The position numbers and the translations under genes are program-made. Shown piece after piece: positions 20,585-30,654 of a stretch of 64,000 nt of DNA (positions within the stretch are counted from its first letter, which is position 1; every line of letters begins with the position of its first letter). The stretch is from an uncultured virus (IMG/VR IMGVR_UViG_3300021959_000013) (lineage: Duplodnaviria; Heunggongvirae; Uroviricota; Caudoviricetes), in IMG/VR virus record IMGVR_UViG_3300021959_000013, one strand, 5' to 3'. Under the pieces are notes generated by a model, which saw nothing but the letters and a program-made list of their open reading frames with translations, was not told the DNA's origin and ran no database searches.

Positions 20585-20613
20585 TTTACATTTACGCCAA
20601 AGTATGGTATAAT
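20585..20613 (+). promoter_or_regulatory. Sigma70-type promoter (gp55)
   Basis: TTTACA-N17-TATAAT. Confidence 0.85.
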
Positions 20614-20635
20614 AGTATATTATGGAGAAAATATT

Positions 20636-21211
20636 ATGACTAAGGTCAAACCAAAAGATAAACCACATTACGTTAACAATCGAGAATTCTCTGAAGCAGT
20701 CATGGATTATGCTATTGAAGCACGTGATTGTAGACAAAAAGAGAAGAAAGTTCCTACAGTTCCTGATTACATTGCTAAATGTTTCATTAGAATATCTGAA
20801 GGACTGTCTCACAGACCGAACTTCGTTCGGTACACTTATAGAGAAGAAATGGTTATGGATGCCGTTGAAAATTGCTTAAGAGCAATTGGTAACTATAACA
20901 TTGAAACTGCTACAAGGACTGGAAAGCCGAATGCATTTAGTTATTTTACTCAAATATGCTACTTTGCATTTATTCGTAGAATTACCAAAGAAAAGAAACA
21001 ACAAGATATCAAATTTAAATTCATTGAGAAGATGGGTATAGAAGATTTTGTTCAAATGGGTATGGATAGCGAAGGAGCTGAACAAACTATGGCTTATGTT
21101 GATACATTAAGACAAAGAATTGGTACTATACGTACAAAGGATGAAGCCATTAAGAAATTTGCAAAAGAGGAGAAGAAGCGAGAGAAAGAAAAACTTGAGC
21201 TGTTTATGTAA
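20636..21211 (+). CDS. gp55: Late sigma factor gp55
   Basis: HYVNNREF, GLSHRPNF..YTYREEMVMD, NAFSYFTQICYFAFIRRI. Confidence 0.96.
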   Translation: MTKVKPKDKPHYVNNREFSEAVMDYAIEARDCRQKEKKVPTVPDYIAKCFIRISEGLSHRPNFVRYTYREEMVMDAVENCLRAIGNYNIETATRTGKPNAFSYFTQICYFAFIRRITKEKKQQDIKFKFIEKMGIEDFVQMGMDSEGAEQTMAYVDTLRQRIGTIRTKDEAIKKFAKEEKKREKEKLELFM

Positions 21212-21414
21212 TGAAAAAAGTAAGTACAAAACAAAACCAAAGACATATACGTCTTATGAAAAAAAGAACAAGAAAGTCTGAAATAAGAAAAGAGCGAAGA
21301 GAAGAAGTAATGGCTCAAATGCTTATAATCAAACAATCACATAAAAGAATAGCAAGAACTCAGAGAAAAATGAGTAAACTTGCAAAACAAGCAGCTGCAT
21401 CTAGAGCACTATGA
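21211..21414 (+). CDS. Small basic hypothetical protein
   Basis: Overlaps both neighbours (translational coupling). Confidence 0.6.
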   Translation: MKKVSTKQNQRHIRLMKKRTRKSEIRKERREEVMAQMLIIKQSHKRIARTQRKMSKLAKQAAASRAL

Positions 21415-22472
21415 AAATAGCTATTTTAAATGACACACATTGTGGTGTCAGAAACAGCAGTGATATATTCTTAAACTATCAAGAGCGCTTTTATGAAGAG
21501 GTATTTTTTCCTTATCTAAAAGAACACGACATTAAACAGATATTGCATTTAGGAGACTATTATGAACACCGTAAGTTCGTTAATTTCAAAGCTCTTAATC
21601 AAAATCGTAAACATTTTCTTGAGCCTTTGCGTGACGCTGGTATTACTATGGATATCATTCCTGGTAATCATGATGTTTATTTTAAGAATACTAATGAGCT
21701 ATGTTCCCTTAAAGAACTCTTAGGTTATTTTACATCTAACGTAAACATCGTAATGAAGCCGACTGTATTGGACTATGATGGTCTTGGCGTTGCAGTTATA
21801 CCTTGGATTAATAACTCAAACTATCAAGAGTATGTAGATTTTGCTTTAAATTGCAAAGCCCCGATATTAGGAGCTCATTTGGAATTGAAAGGATTCGATT
21901 TAATGGCAGGGATGCCTAATCCACATGGTATGAATGCAGATATCTTTTCTAGATTTGAAATGGTTTTGTCAGGACATTTCCACACTAAATCAAGTCAAGG
22001 CAACGTAACGTATCTTGGTTCTCAAATGGAGTTTACTTGGGCCGATGTTGATGACCCTAAGTTCTTTCATGTGCTTGATACTGAAACAAGAGAAATAGAG
22101 GCAGTAAGAAATCCAATAACTATATTCAAAAAAGTTATATACGATGATGCTAAAGTAGATTATGACAAAGTTGATGTAAGTCAATATGAGAAACATTTCA
22201 TTAAACTGATTGTTATAAATAAAAATGACTTGTATATGTTTGACAAATTTGTCGATAGATTACAGAATATAGAAACATATGAACTTAAGATTGCAGAATC
22301 TTTTGAAGAGTATCTAGGAGAAAGCGTTGAAGACGAAAAAATCTCTCTTGAAGATACTAATCAACTTTTAGATTCATATGTTGAAGCTGTAGATACTGAC
22401 TTAGATAAAGAACATATCAAAATTGAATTGAGAAAGCTTTATACAGAAGCACAGAACCTAGAGGTTGTATGA
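21411..22472 (+). CDS. gp47: Recombination endonuclease gp47 (Mre11/SbcD-like)
   Basis: DTHCG, HLGD, GNHD, SGHFH metallophosphoesterase motifs. Confidence 0.96.
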   Translation: MKIAILNDTHCGVRNSSDIFLNYQERFYEEVFFPYLKEHDIKQILHLGDYYEHRKFVNFKALNQNRKHFLEPLRDAGITMDIIPGNHDVYFKNTNELCSLKELLGYFTSNVNIVMKPTVLDYDGLGVAVIPWINNSNYQEYVDFALNCKAPILGAHLELKGFDLMAGMPNPHGMNADIFSRFEMVLSGHFHTKSSQGNVTYLGSQMEFTWADVDDPKFFHVLDTETREIEAVRNPITIFKKVIYDDAKVDYDKVDVSQYEKHFIKLIVINKNDLYMFDKFVDRLQNIETYELKIAESFEEYLGESVEDEKISLEDTNQLLDSYVEAVDTDLDKEHIKIELRKLYTEAQNLEVV

Positions 22473-24184
22473 TACATTTTAAATCATGTGAATGGAAGAA
22501 TTTCCTATCCACCGGTAGTGACCCTATCAAAATCCAACTAGATAAAACACCTACAACATTAATTGTTGGCCAAAATGGCGCAGGTAAATCTACTTTACTT
22601 GACGCTCTTTCGTTTGGTTTATTTGGTAAGCCACATAGAGATATAAAGAAAGACCAAATGATTAATAGTATCAATAAAAAAGGTACTATCGTAACAGTTG
22701 AAATGACTATTGGAAGTCATGAGTTTAAAATTATAAGAGGAATCAAACCAGGTAAGTTTGAAATCTATCAGAACGGCAATCTTATTAATCAAGCATCTAA
22801 TGCAAGAGATTATCAGAAGTTCTTAGAACAGAATATCTTAAAACTTAATCATAAATCTTTTCACCAGGTAGTTGTACTTGGTTCATCTTCGTTTATACCA
22901 TTCATGCAATTACCAGTATGGTCAAGAAGAAATATTATAGAAGACCTATTAGATATTAACATCTTTTCAAAGATGAATATGCTATTAAAGGAAAGAAACT
23001 CTAAAATAAAAGAAGAACTTACTGATGTCAATCATCAAATCGATATCTTTAAAACTAAGATGGACTCTCAAGGTAAGTATATCAAAGATTTGCAAGAGTT
23101 AAATGATGACCAAATACAGAACAAAAGAGATTCTATTGATATACACAAAGAAGATATTAATAAGCTATTTGACGAAAGTAAAATTCTTGGAAAGAATCTT
23201 ACAGCTTCGATATCAGCTGAAGAGAAACATAGTACTGAAATTGTAAAGAAAATGTCTCAACTAGATTCATATGATATGTCATTTAATGATAAGATAAAAG
23301 GATTAGTTGAAGAAAGCAGATTCTATGAAGACAATGATACATGTCCAACATGCGACCAGGATATAGATAAAGAACTGAAAACTCAAAAGATAGAATCAGT
23401 TAAATCTAAAGCTCAAGAAATACAAAAGGCTAAAGGCGACTTAAGCAAGAACATAGCTGATATGAAAACTGAACAACAAGCAGTATCAAATAGCTTGAAT
23501 ACACTTCGTCAGAAACAACAAAAGATAAATAGTAATAATGACGCAATAGCTTTAATCCAAAAGGAAGTTAATAAGGTCCAAAAAGAAATCGATAATCTCC
23601 AAGGGCAAACAGGAGACGTATCAAAAGCTAAAAAAGACTTAACTGAATTAAGAAAGAGTAAAGATAAGTCAACTGAAAAGAAGCTTGAGTATGTAGAAGA
23701 AAGAACTTATAATGAAGTCATAGGAGAAATGCTAAAAGATACTGGTATTAAAACTAAAGTTATTAAGCAATATTTACCAGTGATGAACAGGTTAATTAAT
23801 CAGTATTTACAGATACTTGATTTCTTTGTATCGTTCCATTTAGATGAAAACTTCAATGAAACAATAAGGTCTAGGCATCGTGACTCATTTAATTATGCAT
23901 CATTCTCAGAAGGCGAGAAACAAAGAATAGATTTATCTCTTCTTTTTACCTGGAGACAGATAGCTAAAATGAAGAACAGTGCAGCATCGAATCTACTTAT
24001 ATTGGATGAAACATTCGATTCAAGTCTAGATATAGATGGCATCGATAATCTTACAAGAATACTCGATACTCTTGAAGATGGAAGCAATGTATTTATTATA
24101 TCTCACAAAGGTGATGTATTAGAGAACAAATTTAGAAGTAAAATTGAGTTCTTTAAAGAAAGAAATTTCTCAAAAATCAAGTGA
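22469..24184 (+). CDS. gp46: Recombination ATPase gp46 (Rad50/SbcC-like)
   Basis: GQNGAGKS, CPTC zinc hook, FSEGEKQR, ILDETFD. Confidence 0.97.
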   Translation: MIHFKSCEWKNFLSTGSDPIKIQLDKTPTTLIVGQNGAGKSTLLDALSFGLFGKPHRDIKKDQMINSINKKGTIVTVEMTIGSHEFKIIRGIKPGKFEIYQNGNLINQASNARDYQKFLEQNILKLNHKSFHQVVVLGSSSFIPFMQLPVWSRRNIIEDLLDINIFSKMNMLLKERNSKIKEELTDVNHQIDIFKTKMDSQGKYIKDLQELNDDQIQNKRDSIDIHKEDINKLFDESKILGKNLTASISAEEKHSTEIVKKMSQLDSYDMSFNDKIKGLVEESRFYEDNDTCPTCDQDIDKELKTQKIESVKSKAQEIQKAKGDLSKNIADMKTEQQAVSNSLNTLRQKQQKINSNNDAIALIQKEVNKVQKEIDNLQGQTGDVSKAKKDLTELRKSKDKSTEKKLEYVEERTYNEVIGEMLKDTGIKTKVIKQYLPVMNRLINQYLQILDFFVSFHLDENFNETIRSRHRDSFNYASFSEGEKQRIDLSLLFTWRQIAKMKNSAASNLLILDETFDSSLDIDGIDNLTRILDTLEDGSNVFIISHKGDVLENKFRSKIEFFKERNFSKIK

Positions 24185-24260
24185 GGGGCTATAGCTCAGT
24201 TGGGAGAGCGCCTGGTTTGCAACCAGGAGGTCGTGGGTTCGATTCCCTCTAGCTCCACCA
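24185..24260 (+). tRNA. tRNA-Ala (anticodon TGC), CCA encoded
   Basis: GGGGCTA/TAGCTCC acceptor stem with G3:U70; anticodon arm CCTGG-TTTGCAA-CCAGG; TTCGATT T-loop; 76 nt. Confidence 0.96.
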
Positions 24261-24317
24261 TATGTGAAAATAATTAGCACTCTTAACACCTTTTAAAAAT
24301 TATTTTCACCAAAGTCG

Positions 24318-24346
24318 TTTACATTTGCAGAGAACTATGGTATAAT
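24318..24346 (+). promoter_or_regulatory. Sigma70-type promoter
   Basis: TTTACA-N17-TATAAT; 12-bp inverted repeat upstream (24264-24275/24298-24309). Confidence 0.85.
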
Positions 24347-24379
24347 ATACATATTAAATCAAAAAGATAAGGAACCTCG

Positions 24380-26605
24380 ATGATTAAACACAAAAGCACC
24401 CTCGCAAAACTAATGGCTAGAGAAAACATTACTGTGCAATACGGTAATTATCAAACAGCCTGGTTTGACATTAAAAACAGAGTACTTGGATTACCTATGT
24501 GGAAAGACATGGGTAAAGACGTAAGTGATTTACTTATTGGACATGAAGTTGGCCATGCATTGTTTACACCATTCGAAGGTTGGCATGATAGCCCTGAAAA
24601 GCTAGAAGGCTGTCCTCGTTCTTATATTAATGTTGTTGAAGATGCTCGTATCGAAAGACATATAAAAGAAGCATACGTTGGTTTAGTAGGTCCTATGCAA
24701 AGAGGATATAGGAAACTATTTGATGATGGTTTCTTCGGTGACACAGCGTCCCTCGAGTGGGATAACGTAAAGTTGATTGATAAAATCAATTTGAATGCTA
24801 AAGTAGGGAATCTGCTTGATGTACCTTTTTCTGATGAAGAGCAAGTGTATATGGATAGAGCTATGAAAACAGTAACGTTCGAAGATGTTACTAATCTTGT
24901 AAGAGATATATTACAATATACTAAAGATAACCAAGAAGAGTTATTAAATCCACCTGAGCTTCCAGAGATTGATTTACCAGAAGATAGCGAAGAAGAGCAA
25001 GAAGAACAACAACCTCAAATAGGTCATGATGATATGCAAAGTTCAGAAGACCAAGAAGATGCTCAAGCAGAATCAAAGCAAAAAAGCAATCAATCACAAC
25101 AACCAACTGAAGATAAAGAAGTCGAAGAAGATAAAGACGCTGAAAGTAAAGGTAGTGTTGAAGAAGATATATCAGAAACTGATGAAATATTCAGAAGAAA
25201 AGAACATACTCTTTTAGATACTGATGAATATGGTAACCAAGTTTTAATTGGTAATGATTTTAATAAAGAAGTTGCTAAAAGAATTGTTATACCTTATGCT
25301 CAACTAGCAAAAGAAAGAAAAGCAAAAATTGCTGAAAATTTTACATATCTAAATGACGTAGTCAAAATGGATGAAGATGATTATTGGTATGATAAAAGAG
25401 AACAACCTCTTACGTATGATGAAACATTAGCTAACTATAATTCATACATTAAAGAAGTTAAAAAGAATGTCAACTTTGCAGTTAAAGAATTTGAAATGAG
25501 AAAAGCTGGATATAGATACACAAGAGCTCAGACAGCAAAAACAGGTTCTATCGATGTTAACAGATTATGGTCTTATAAAACTAATGATGATATATTTGCT
25601 AGAGTCACAAAATTAGCTGATGCTAAAAATCATGGAATGTTCATGTTAATCGATTTTTCAGGTTCAATGAATGATATTATGGGAGATGTTCTTGAGCAAC
25701 TTATCCATTGCATAGTGTTTTGCAAAACAGTCAATATACCTTTTGATGTTTATGGTTTTACAAATCAAAACGTTTCACTCGGTGGCGGATGGAATGGAGA
25801 TAGAAATGTATTTCCAATCGATTCTGAAGTTGACCACGGTGGATTATCACTACCTCAACTTATTACTTCAACTCTTAAAAAGAAAGATTACGAAGAAGCA
25901 TTACAATCACTATATGTAAGAATGGAATTCTGCAAAGATGACTACACATATAGAGAAAGATTAGTTATCAGTAGAAACGAAGAGTATGGTTCTACCCCAC
26001 TGAATGAGGCTCTAATACACAGTCACAAAATGATTGATGGATTCAAAAGGGCTAATAATGTGGACAACATGAACCTAGTCGTAATATCTGATGGTGATGC
26101 AAATGGATTAAGAATTGCTAAAGACAGAGATATGAAAATTGAAAGAACTATATCTGATAGATGGGGCGGTGCTATAATAAACATTATGGGCAAAAATGTT
26201 AAGCTAAAAGATACAAGAAGAGAAGGAACTAAAAACCTTTTAGAAAACTTACAAAAACAGTTTGGCCTTACAACGATAGGATTTTTCCTAGCTGATAATG
26301 GACATAACTTTAAATACAAAATATCTGATTGCGATACTTCAGCTGATATGTGGAATAATGGCATGAAAAAATACAATAGAGAATACGCAAAAAACAAATG
26401 CGTTACGTTTAAAGACGAGCTTGGATACAATGAATTATACATTGTAAAATCTTGGAAAGGAGCATTATCTACTGACGCTACTGAATTCGAAGTTAATGAA
26501 GACGCTTCAAAGGGTCAATTAACTTCAGCATTTAAGAAATACAGTAAGTCTAAAAAGCTTAACAAAACACTATTAACGAACTTCGGTAAGGCGGTAGCAG
26601 AATGA
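24380..26605 (+). CDS. Metallopeptidase-like plus vWA domain protein (CobT-like partner of MoxR ATPase)
   Basis: HEVGH, NVVEDARIE, acidic linker, MIDAS DFSGSM, STPL, ISDGDA. Confidence 0.85.
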   Translation: MIKHKSTLAKLMARENITVQYGNYQTAWFDIKNRVLGLPMWKDMGKDVSDLLIGHEVGHALFTPFEGWHDSPEKLEGCPRSYINVVEDARIERHIKEAYVGLVGPMQRGYRKLFDDGFFGDTASLEWDNVKLIDKINLNAKVGNLLDVPFSDEEQVYMDRAMKTVTFEDVTNLVRDILQYTKDNQEELLNPPELPEIDLPEDSEEEQEEQQPQIGHDDMQSSEDQEDAQAESKQKSNQSQQPTEDKEVEEDKDAESKGSVEEDISETDEIFRRKEHTLLDTDEYGNQVLIGNDFNKEVAKRIVIPYAQLAKERKAKIAENFTYLNDVVKMDEDDYWYDKREQPLTYDETLANYNSYIKEVKKNVNFAVKEFEMRKAGYRYTRAQTAKTGSIDVNRLWSYKTNDDIFARVTKLADAKNHGMFMLIDFSGSMNDIMGDVLEQLIHCIVFCKTVNIPFDVYGFTNQNVSLGGGWNGDRNVFPIDSEVDHGGLSLPQLITSTLKKKDYEEALQSLYVRMEFCKDDYTYRERLVISRNEEYGSTPLNEALIHSHKMIDGFKRANNVDNMNLVVISDGDANGLRIAKDRDMKIERTISDRWGGAIINIMGKNVKLKDTRREGTKNLLENLQKQFGLTTIGFFLADNGHNFKYKISDCDTSADMWNNGMKKYNREYAKNKCVTFKDELGYNELYIVKSWKGALSTDATEFEVNEDASKGQLTSAFKKYSKSKKLNKTLLTNFGKAVAE

Positions 26606-26651
26606 ACAACACTATTCTGCAAAGTATTTCACCTAAAAGTGAAAATAAACC

Positions 26652-26680
26652 TTTACAAACACGTCGAACTATGGTATAAT
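26652..26680 (+). promoter_or_regulatory. Sigma70-type promoter
   Basis: TTTACA-N17-TATAAT. Confidence 0.85.
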
Positions 26681-26714
26681 ATACATATATAAATTGATAA
26701 GGAGAAACTATATT

Positions 26715-27866
26715 ATGAATAACTTGAAAAAATCTACCCAGATAATTCTCAAAGAACTTGCTACCAGATACCCTGATAGTACTGAGTTCAGAAAAAACGC
26801 AATTGTTGAAGTCGGAAAAGAGTTCGGCTATACCGGTAAGGATTGGGACCCTTTAATGCAAAAAAATAACAGAGTCAAAATTGGTACATACAATTTAGCT
26901 GGACTTATTGAACCATTGAGAGAAACAATGATATTAAATTCAGTGGTTAAAATGCCACAATCAGCTGCTCAAATGCAGTCAATAGTAAACGAAGAAAAAA
27001 CCTTCGCTAAAACAGATAAATCATTCGTACCTTGGGGAGCATTTTCTGACATTGTAAAAATTGTCAAATCAAATATGTTCTACCCAACATACATTTCTGG
27101 TCTTTCAGGTAATGGTAAAACGTTTATGGTAGAACAAGCTTGCGCTAAAGTAGGCAAAGAGTTTATCAGAGTTCAAATCAATCCTGAAACAGACGAGGAT
27201 GATTTACTTGGTGGCTTTAGACTTATCGATGGAGAAACAGTTTTCTCTAAAGGTCCAGTTCTTAAAGCAATGGAAAATGGAGCTATCCTCTTACTTGATG
27301 AGATTGATAGAGCAACAAACAAAATTATGTGCTTACAAGGAATCCTTGAAGGCAAACCAGTACTTGTTAAAAAGACTGGCGAAATTGTAGAGCCTGCAGA
27401 AGGTTTCAATGTAATCGCAACAGCTAATACTAAAGGTAAAGGTTCAGAAGATGGTAGGTTCACAGCAGCTTCAATCATTGATGACGCTTTCCTTGAAAGG
27501 TTTACAATATCAGTTGACCAACAGTTCCCATCTCTTAACATAGAGAAAAAGATTGTTATAAAACACATGGAAAAATTCAATTGTATCGACATGGACTTTG
27601 CTGATAAGCTAGTTCTTTGGGCTGATATTATTAGAAAAACTTTCTATGATGATGGTGTCGACGAAGTTATTTCAACTAGAAGACTATGTCACATTGTACA
27701 AACATTCTCTATCTTTCAGAAAAGAGACAAAGCAATTGACTTATGTATTTCAAGATTTGATTCTGATACTAAAGAAGCTTTTCTTGACTTATACAGTAAA
27801 GTAGATGCTGATGAAATTGTCGAAGAGACAGGAGATATTAATGCTGAAGAAACTTATGAAGTCTAA
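26715..27866 (+). CDS. CobS/MoxR-like AAA+ ATPase
   Basis: GLSGNGKT, LLLDEID, TANTKGKG, AFLERF, ISTRRL; RBS favours ATG at 26715. Confidence 0.9.
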   Translation: MNNLKKSTQIILKELATRYPDSTEFRKNAIVEVGKEFGYTGKDWDPLMQKNNRVKIGTYNLAGLIEPLRETMILNSVVKMPQSAAQMQSIVNEEKTFAKTDKSFVPWGAFSDIVKIVKSNMFYPTYISGLSGNGKTFMVEQACAKVGKEFIRVQINPETDEDDLLGGFRLIDGETVFSKGPVLKAMENGAILLLDEIDRATNKIMCLQGILEGKPVLVKKTGEIVEPAEGFNVIATANTKGKGSEDGRFTAASIIDDAFLERFTISVDQQFPSLNIEKKIVIKHMEKFNCIDMDFADKLVLWADIIRKTFYDDGVDEVISTRRLCHIVQTFSIFQKRDKAIDLCISRFDSDTKEAFLDLYSKVDADEIVEETGDINAEETYEV

Positions 27867-28137
27867 TCAAATTGATTACAAATTTAACGAAGGAGCTCTT
27901 GTTGAAGAGCTCAAGAGTTATATAGACAAAACTTATGGCGGTCACTATTCAAAGAATCAGTTTCAATCAACTGAATTCATTATTGATTGTGGACATGGCA
28001 TGGGTTTTGCTTTAGGAAACGTACTTAAGTACGCTCAAAGGTATGGTAAAAAAGAAGGACATAACAGAGCTGACCTTCTCAAGATTTTGCACTATGCTAT
28101 AATCGCTCTGGATTGCCATGATAAAAATGAAAACTAA
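27841..28137 (+). CDS. DUF3310-like protein (putative nucleotide kinase family)
   Basis: HYS...STEFI...GFALGNVLKYAQRYGKK...DLLKILHY. Confidence 0.7.
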   Translation: MLKKLMKSNQIDYKFNEGALVEELKSYIDKTYGGHYSKNQFQSTEFIIDCGHGMGFALGNVLKYAQRYGKKEGHNRADLLKILHYAIIALDCHDKNEN

Positions 28138-28140
28138 TCG

Positions 28141-28169
28141 TTTACATTACAATGAAAGTATGGTATAAT
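28141..28169 (+). promoter_or_regulatory. Sigma70-type promoter (gp45)
   Basis: TTTACA-N17-TATAAT. Confidence 0.85.
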
Positions 28170-28189
28170 AGTTATATAATGGAGAAAAT

Positions 28190-28861
28190 ATGAACTTATC
28201 TAACGACACCTTGAATGTGTTAAAAAACTTCGCAACAATAAATCCAAATATTGTTTTCAAACCAGGACAAAAACTGAAGACTATTTCAGAGTCCAAAACT
28301 ATTCTAGCTTCTGCTGAAATAGTTGAAGACTTTCCTAAAGAATTCGGAGTCTATGACTTAAACGAATTCTTATCAGTCTTAAGTCTTATTGATAATCCTA
28401 CATTAGAGTTTGAAGATAAAGCAGTATTGGTACAAGGTAGTGGACAAAAGATAAGATATTTCTTTTCTGAAAGCGATATCCTAACCACTCCTCAAAAAGA
28501 TATTCAGATGCCAGAACCAGAACTTGGAGTTAATATCGAAGAAGATAAACTAAATCAGATTCGTAAAGCTGCTGCTGTTCTTGGTCATACTGAACTAGCT
28601 ATAACAGGTAATGATGGAGTCATTACAGCTTCTGTACTTGATACAAGAGACTCGACTTCAAACCTATTTGAAATAGAGCTAGATAGAGACAATTCATGTA
28701 AAAATGGATTTAACTTCGTGGTAAGTATACCCAACTTGAAATTGCTACCAGGCGATTACTTTGTAAGCATAAGCTCAAAGCTAATCTCTAACTGGACTAA
28801 TAGTAATTATCCTGTTGATTATTTTATCGCTCTTGAGAAAAACTCAAGCTACGATGTATAA
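28190..28861 (+). CDS. gp45: Sliding clamp gp45
   Basis: LKNFATIN, FGVYDLNEFLS, NLKLLPGDY, YFIALE. Confidence 0.95.
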   Translation: MNLSNDTLNVLKNFATINPNIVFKPGQKLKTISESKTILASAEIVEDFPKEFGVYDLNEFLSVLSLIDNPTLEFEDKAVLVQGSGQKIRYFFSESDILTTPQKDIQMPEPELGVNIEEDKLNQIRKAAAVLGHTELAITGNDGVITASVLDTRDSTSNLFEIELDRDNSCKNGFNFVVSIPNLKLLPGDYFVSISSKLISNWTNSNYPVDYFIALEKNSSYDV

Positions 28862-28864
28862 ATA
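28857..28864 (+). promoter_or_regulatory. Late promoter TATAAATA
   Basis: Exact consensus overlapping the gp45 stop. Confidence 0.6.
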
Positions 28865-28934
28865 CATTGTAGGAATGGAAGATGCCGCATGGGGCGGGTC
28901 TTTTAATTTTCGTAAATATGCATAGGAGAAAATT

Positions 28935-29204
28935 ATGTCAGAAGATGTAAATACAAACGTCGAAACTGGAACAGAAGAGCAACCAGCTGGAGCTCAACTT
29001 AGTCTACAAGACATCTCAACAATGGTACAAGTAATTGACCTTTGTTCTAAAAGAGGTGGTTTTGAAGGTCCTGAGTTGGAAGCAGTAGGTGGTCTTAGGT
29101 CTAGAATCGTAGCGTTTCTAGAAGAAGCTTCAAAAGGTCAAGAAACGCCAGAAGGCGCGGTACCTGAAGTAGCTGCTACTGAAGACGATTCGTCAGAGTC
29201 GTAA
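28935..29204 (+). CDS. Hypothetical acidic protein
   Basis: AGGAG RBS; IDLCSKRGGFEG.EL..VG motif. Confidence 0.7.
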   Translation: MSEDVNTNVETGTEEQPAGAQLSLQDISTMVQVIDLCSKRGGFEGPELEAVGGLRSRIVAFLEEASKGQETPEGAVPEVAATEDDSSES

Positions 29205-29211
29205 ACCAGAC

Positions 29212-29240
29212 GAGGGGTGAAACTCCCCTCACATTTTATT
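29212..29240 (+). terminator. Possible terminator hairpin
   Basis: GAGGGG-N7-CCCCTC followed by AT-rich tail. Confidence 0.5.
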
Positions 29241-29255
29241 ATTAAGGAATACATT

Positions 29256-29513
29256 ATGAACAACAATGAACAAGCCGAATTGCTCAAGGCTTTACAAAAA
29301 GGGCAAGTCACAGTCACATTTAGAAAAATAGATACAGGCGAAATAAGAATTATGCCTTGTACTCTTAATCCAGAAATGCTTAAAGCAAATGGAGTTAAAA
29401 CAGAAATCAGCTACACATCTAATGAGATGGAAGCTTTTCCAGTATGGTCATTAGACAAAAATGCATGGAGGTCTTTTAGGTTAGATACTGTAGAAGGTTG
29501 GGAGGTACTATAA
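29256..29513 (+). CDS. SH3/WYL-like small protein
   Basis: VTFRK..GEIR.MPCTL...VW..DKNAWRSFR motif. Confidence 0.65.
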   Translation: MNNNEQAELLKALQKGQVTVTFRKIDTGEIRIMPCTLNPEMLKANGVKTEISYTSNEMEAFPVWSLDKNAWRSFRLDTVEGWEVL

Positions 29514-30448
29514 TGGAAGAGTTCCTATGGGTCGAAAAGTATCGCCCAAGAAAAGTAGAGGAATGCGTACTATCACAAGACCTTAAAAAGATATTTCAAA
29601 ACGTTTTAGACAAAGGCGAACTTCAAAATATGATGTTCACTGGTACAGCTGGTACAGGAAAGACCACAGTTGCTAGAGCACTTTGTAACGAACTCGACCT
29701 AGATTATATAATCATTAATGGTTCAGAAGAATCAGGTATCGATACTCTAAGAAACAAAATCAAACAATTCGCTTCGTCTGTTTCCTTATCAGGCGGCCTC
29801 AAAGTCGTCATCTTGGACGAAGCGGATTACCTTAATCCACAATCAACGCAACCAGCTTTGCGTGGATTTATCGAAGAGTTTTCAGCTAACTGTAGGTTTA
29901 TACTTACATGTAATTTTAAGAATCGTATAATCGAACCATTACATTCAAGAACCAGTGTTATTGAATTCGCAATGCCAAAGAAAGAGAAAGAAGCTCTTGC
30001 TGGTCAGTTTATGCAAAGGGTTCAACAAATACTATCAGTTGAAAGTATAAACTCAGAACCAGCTGTTATTGCTGAACTGATTATGAAATACTTTCCAGAT
30101 TTCAGAAGAACACTTAATGAACTACAAAGATATTCAAACTTTGGTAAAATCGATAGTGGCATATTAGTTAATGCTAATGATATTGCTCTTGATACTCTTA
30201 TGAATGCTCTTAAAATAAAAGACTTTCGTAAAATGAGACAATGGGTTGCTGATAATATCGATGTAGAACCAGCATCAATGTTTCGTAAAGTATACGATAA
30301 CATGAATGAATATGTAGAACCACAATCAATACCGCAACTGGTACTTATTTTGGCTGATTATCAATACAAAAACAGTTTTGTTGCTGACCATGAACTAAAT
30401 ATGGTTGCATGTTTAACTGAAGTAATGGCAGGAGTCAAATTCAAATGA
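29513..30448 (+). CDS. gp44: Clamp loader ATPase gp44
   Basis: LWVEKYRP, GTAGTGKTT, ILDEADYL, YFPDFRR. Confidence 0.96.
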   Translation: MEEFLWVEKYRPRKVEECVLSQDLKKIFQNVLDKGELQNMMFTGTAGTGKTTVARALCNELDLDYIIINGSEESGIDTLRNKIKQFASSVSLSGGLKVVILDEADYLNPQSTQPALRGFIEEFSANCRFILTCNFKNRIIEPLHSRTSVIEFAMPKKEKEALAGQFMQRVQQILSVESINSEPAVIAELIMKYFPDFRRTLNELQRYSNFGKIDSGILVNANDIALDTLMNALKIKDFRKMRQWVADNIDVEPASMFRKVYDNMNEYVEPQSIPQLVLILADYQYKNSFVADHELNMVACLTEVMAGVKFK

Positions 30449-30654
30449 AGACATTTAACAACATACCATTTGGTGGTAAAATAATAGAAGAAGAAACAAC
30501 TCCAAATAACTGGGATATAGTGACAGTACATTACGAAGGATTTCTAGAAAAGAAGTATAGAGCTGTAAAGTATAATGACCAAAAGGTTATCATATCTGAA
30601 AGAACCTTTAATACAAAAGAAATGGCAGAAGCTTATATTGCGCAACAATCATGA
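30445..30654 (+). CDS. Hypothetical protein between gp44 and gp62
   Basis: ATGA overlaps at both ends. Confidence 0.65.
   Translation: MKTFNNIPFGGKIIEEETTPNNWDIVTVHYEGFLEKKYRAVKYNDQKVIISERTFNTKEMAEAYIAQQS

Noticed and set aside
24380..27866. Cobalamin biosynthesis AMGs (cobT/cobS)
   Set aside because: No cobN or other cob genes; better explained as a MoxR-vWA pair.
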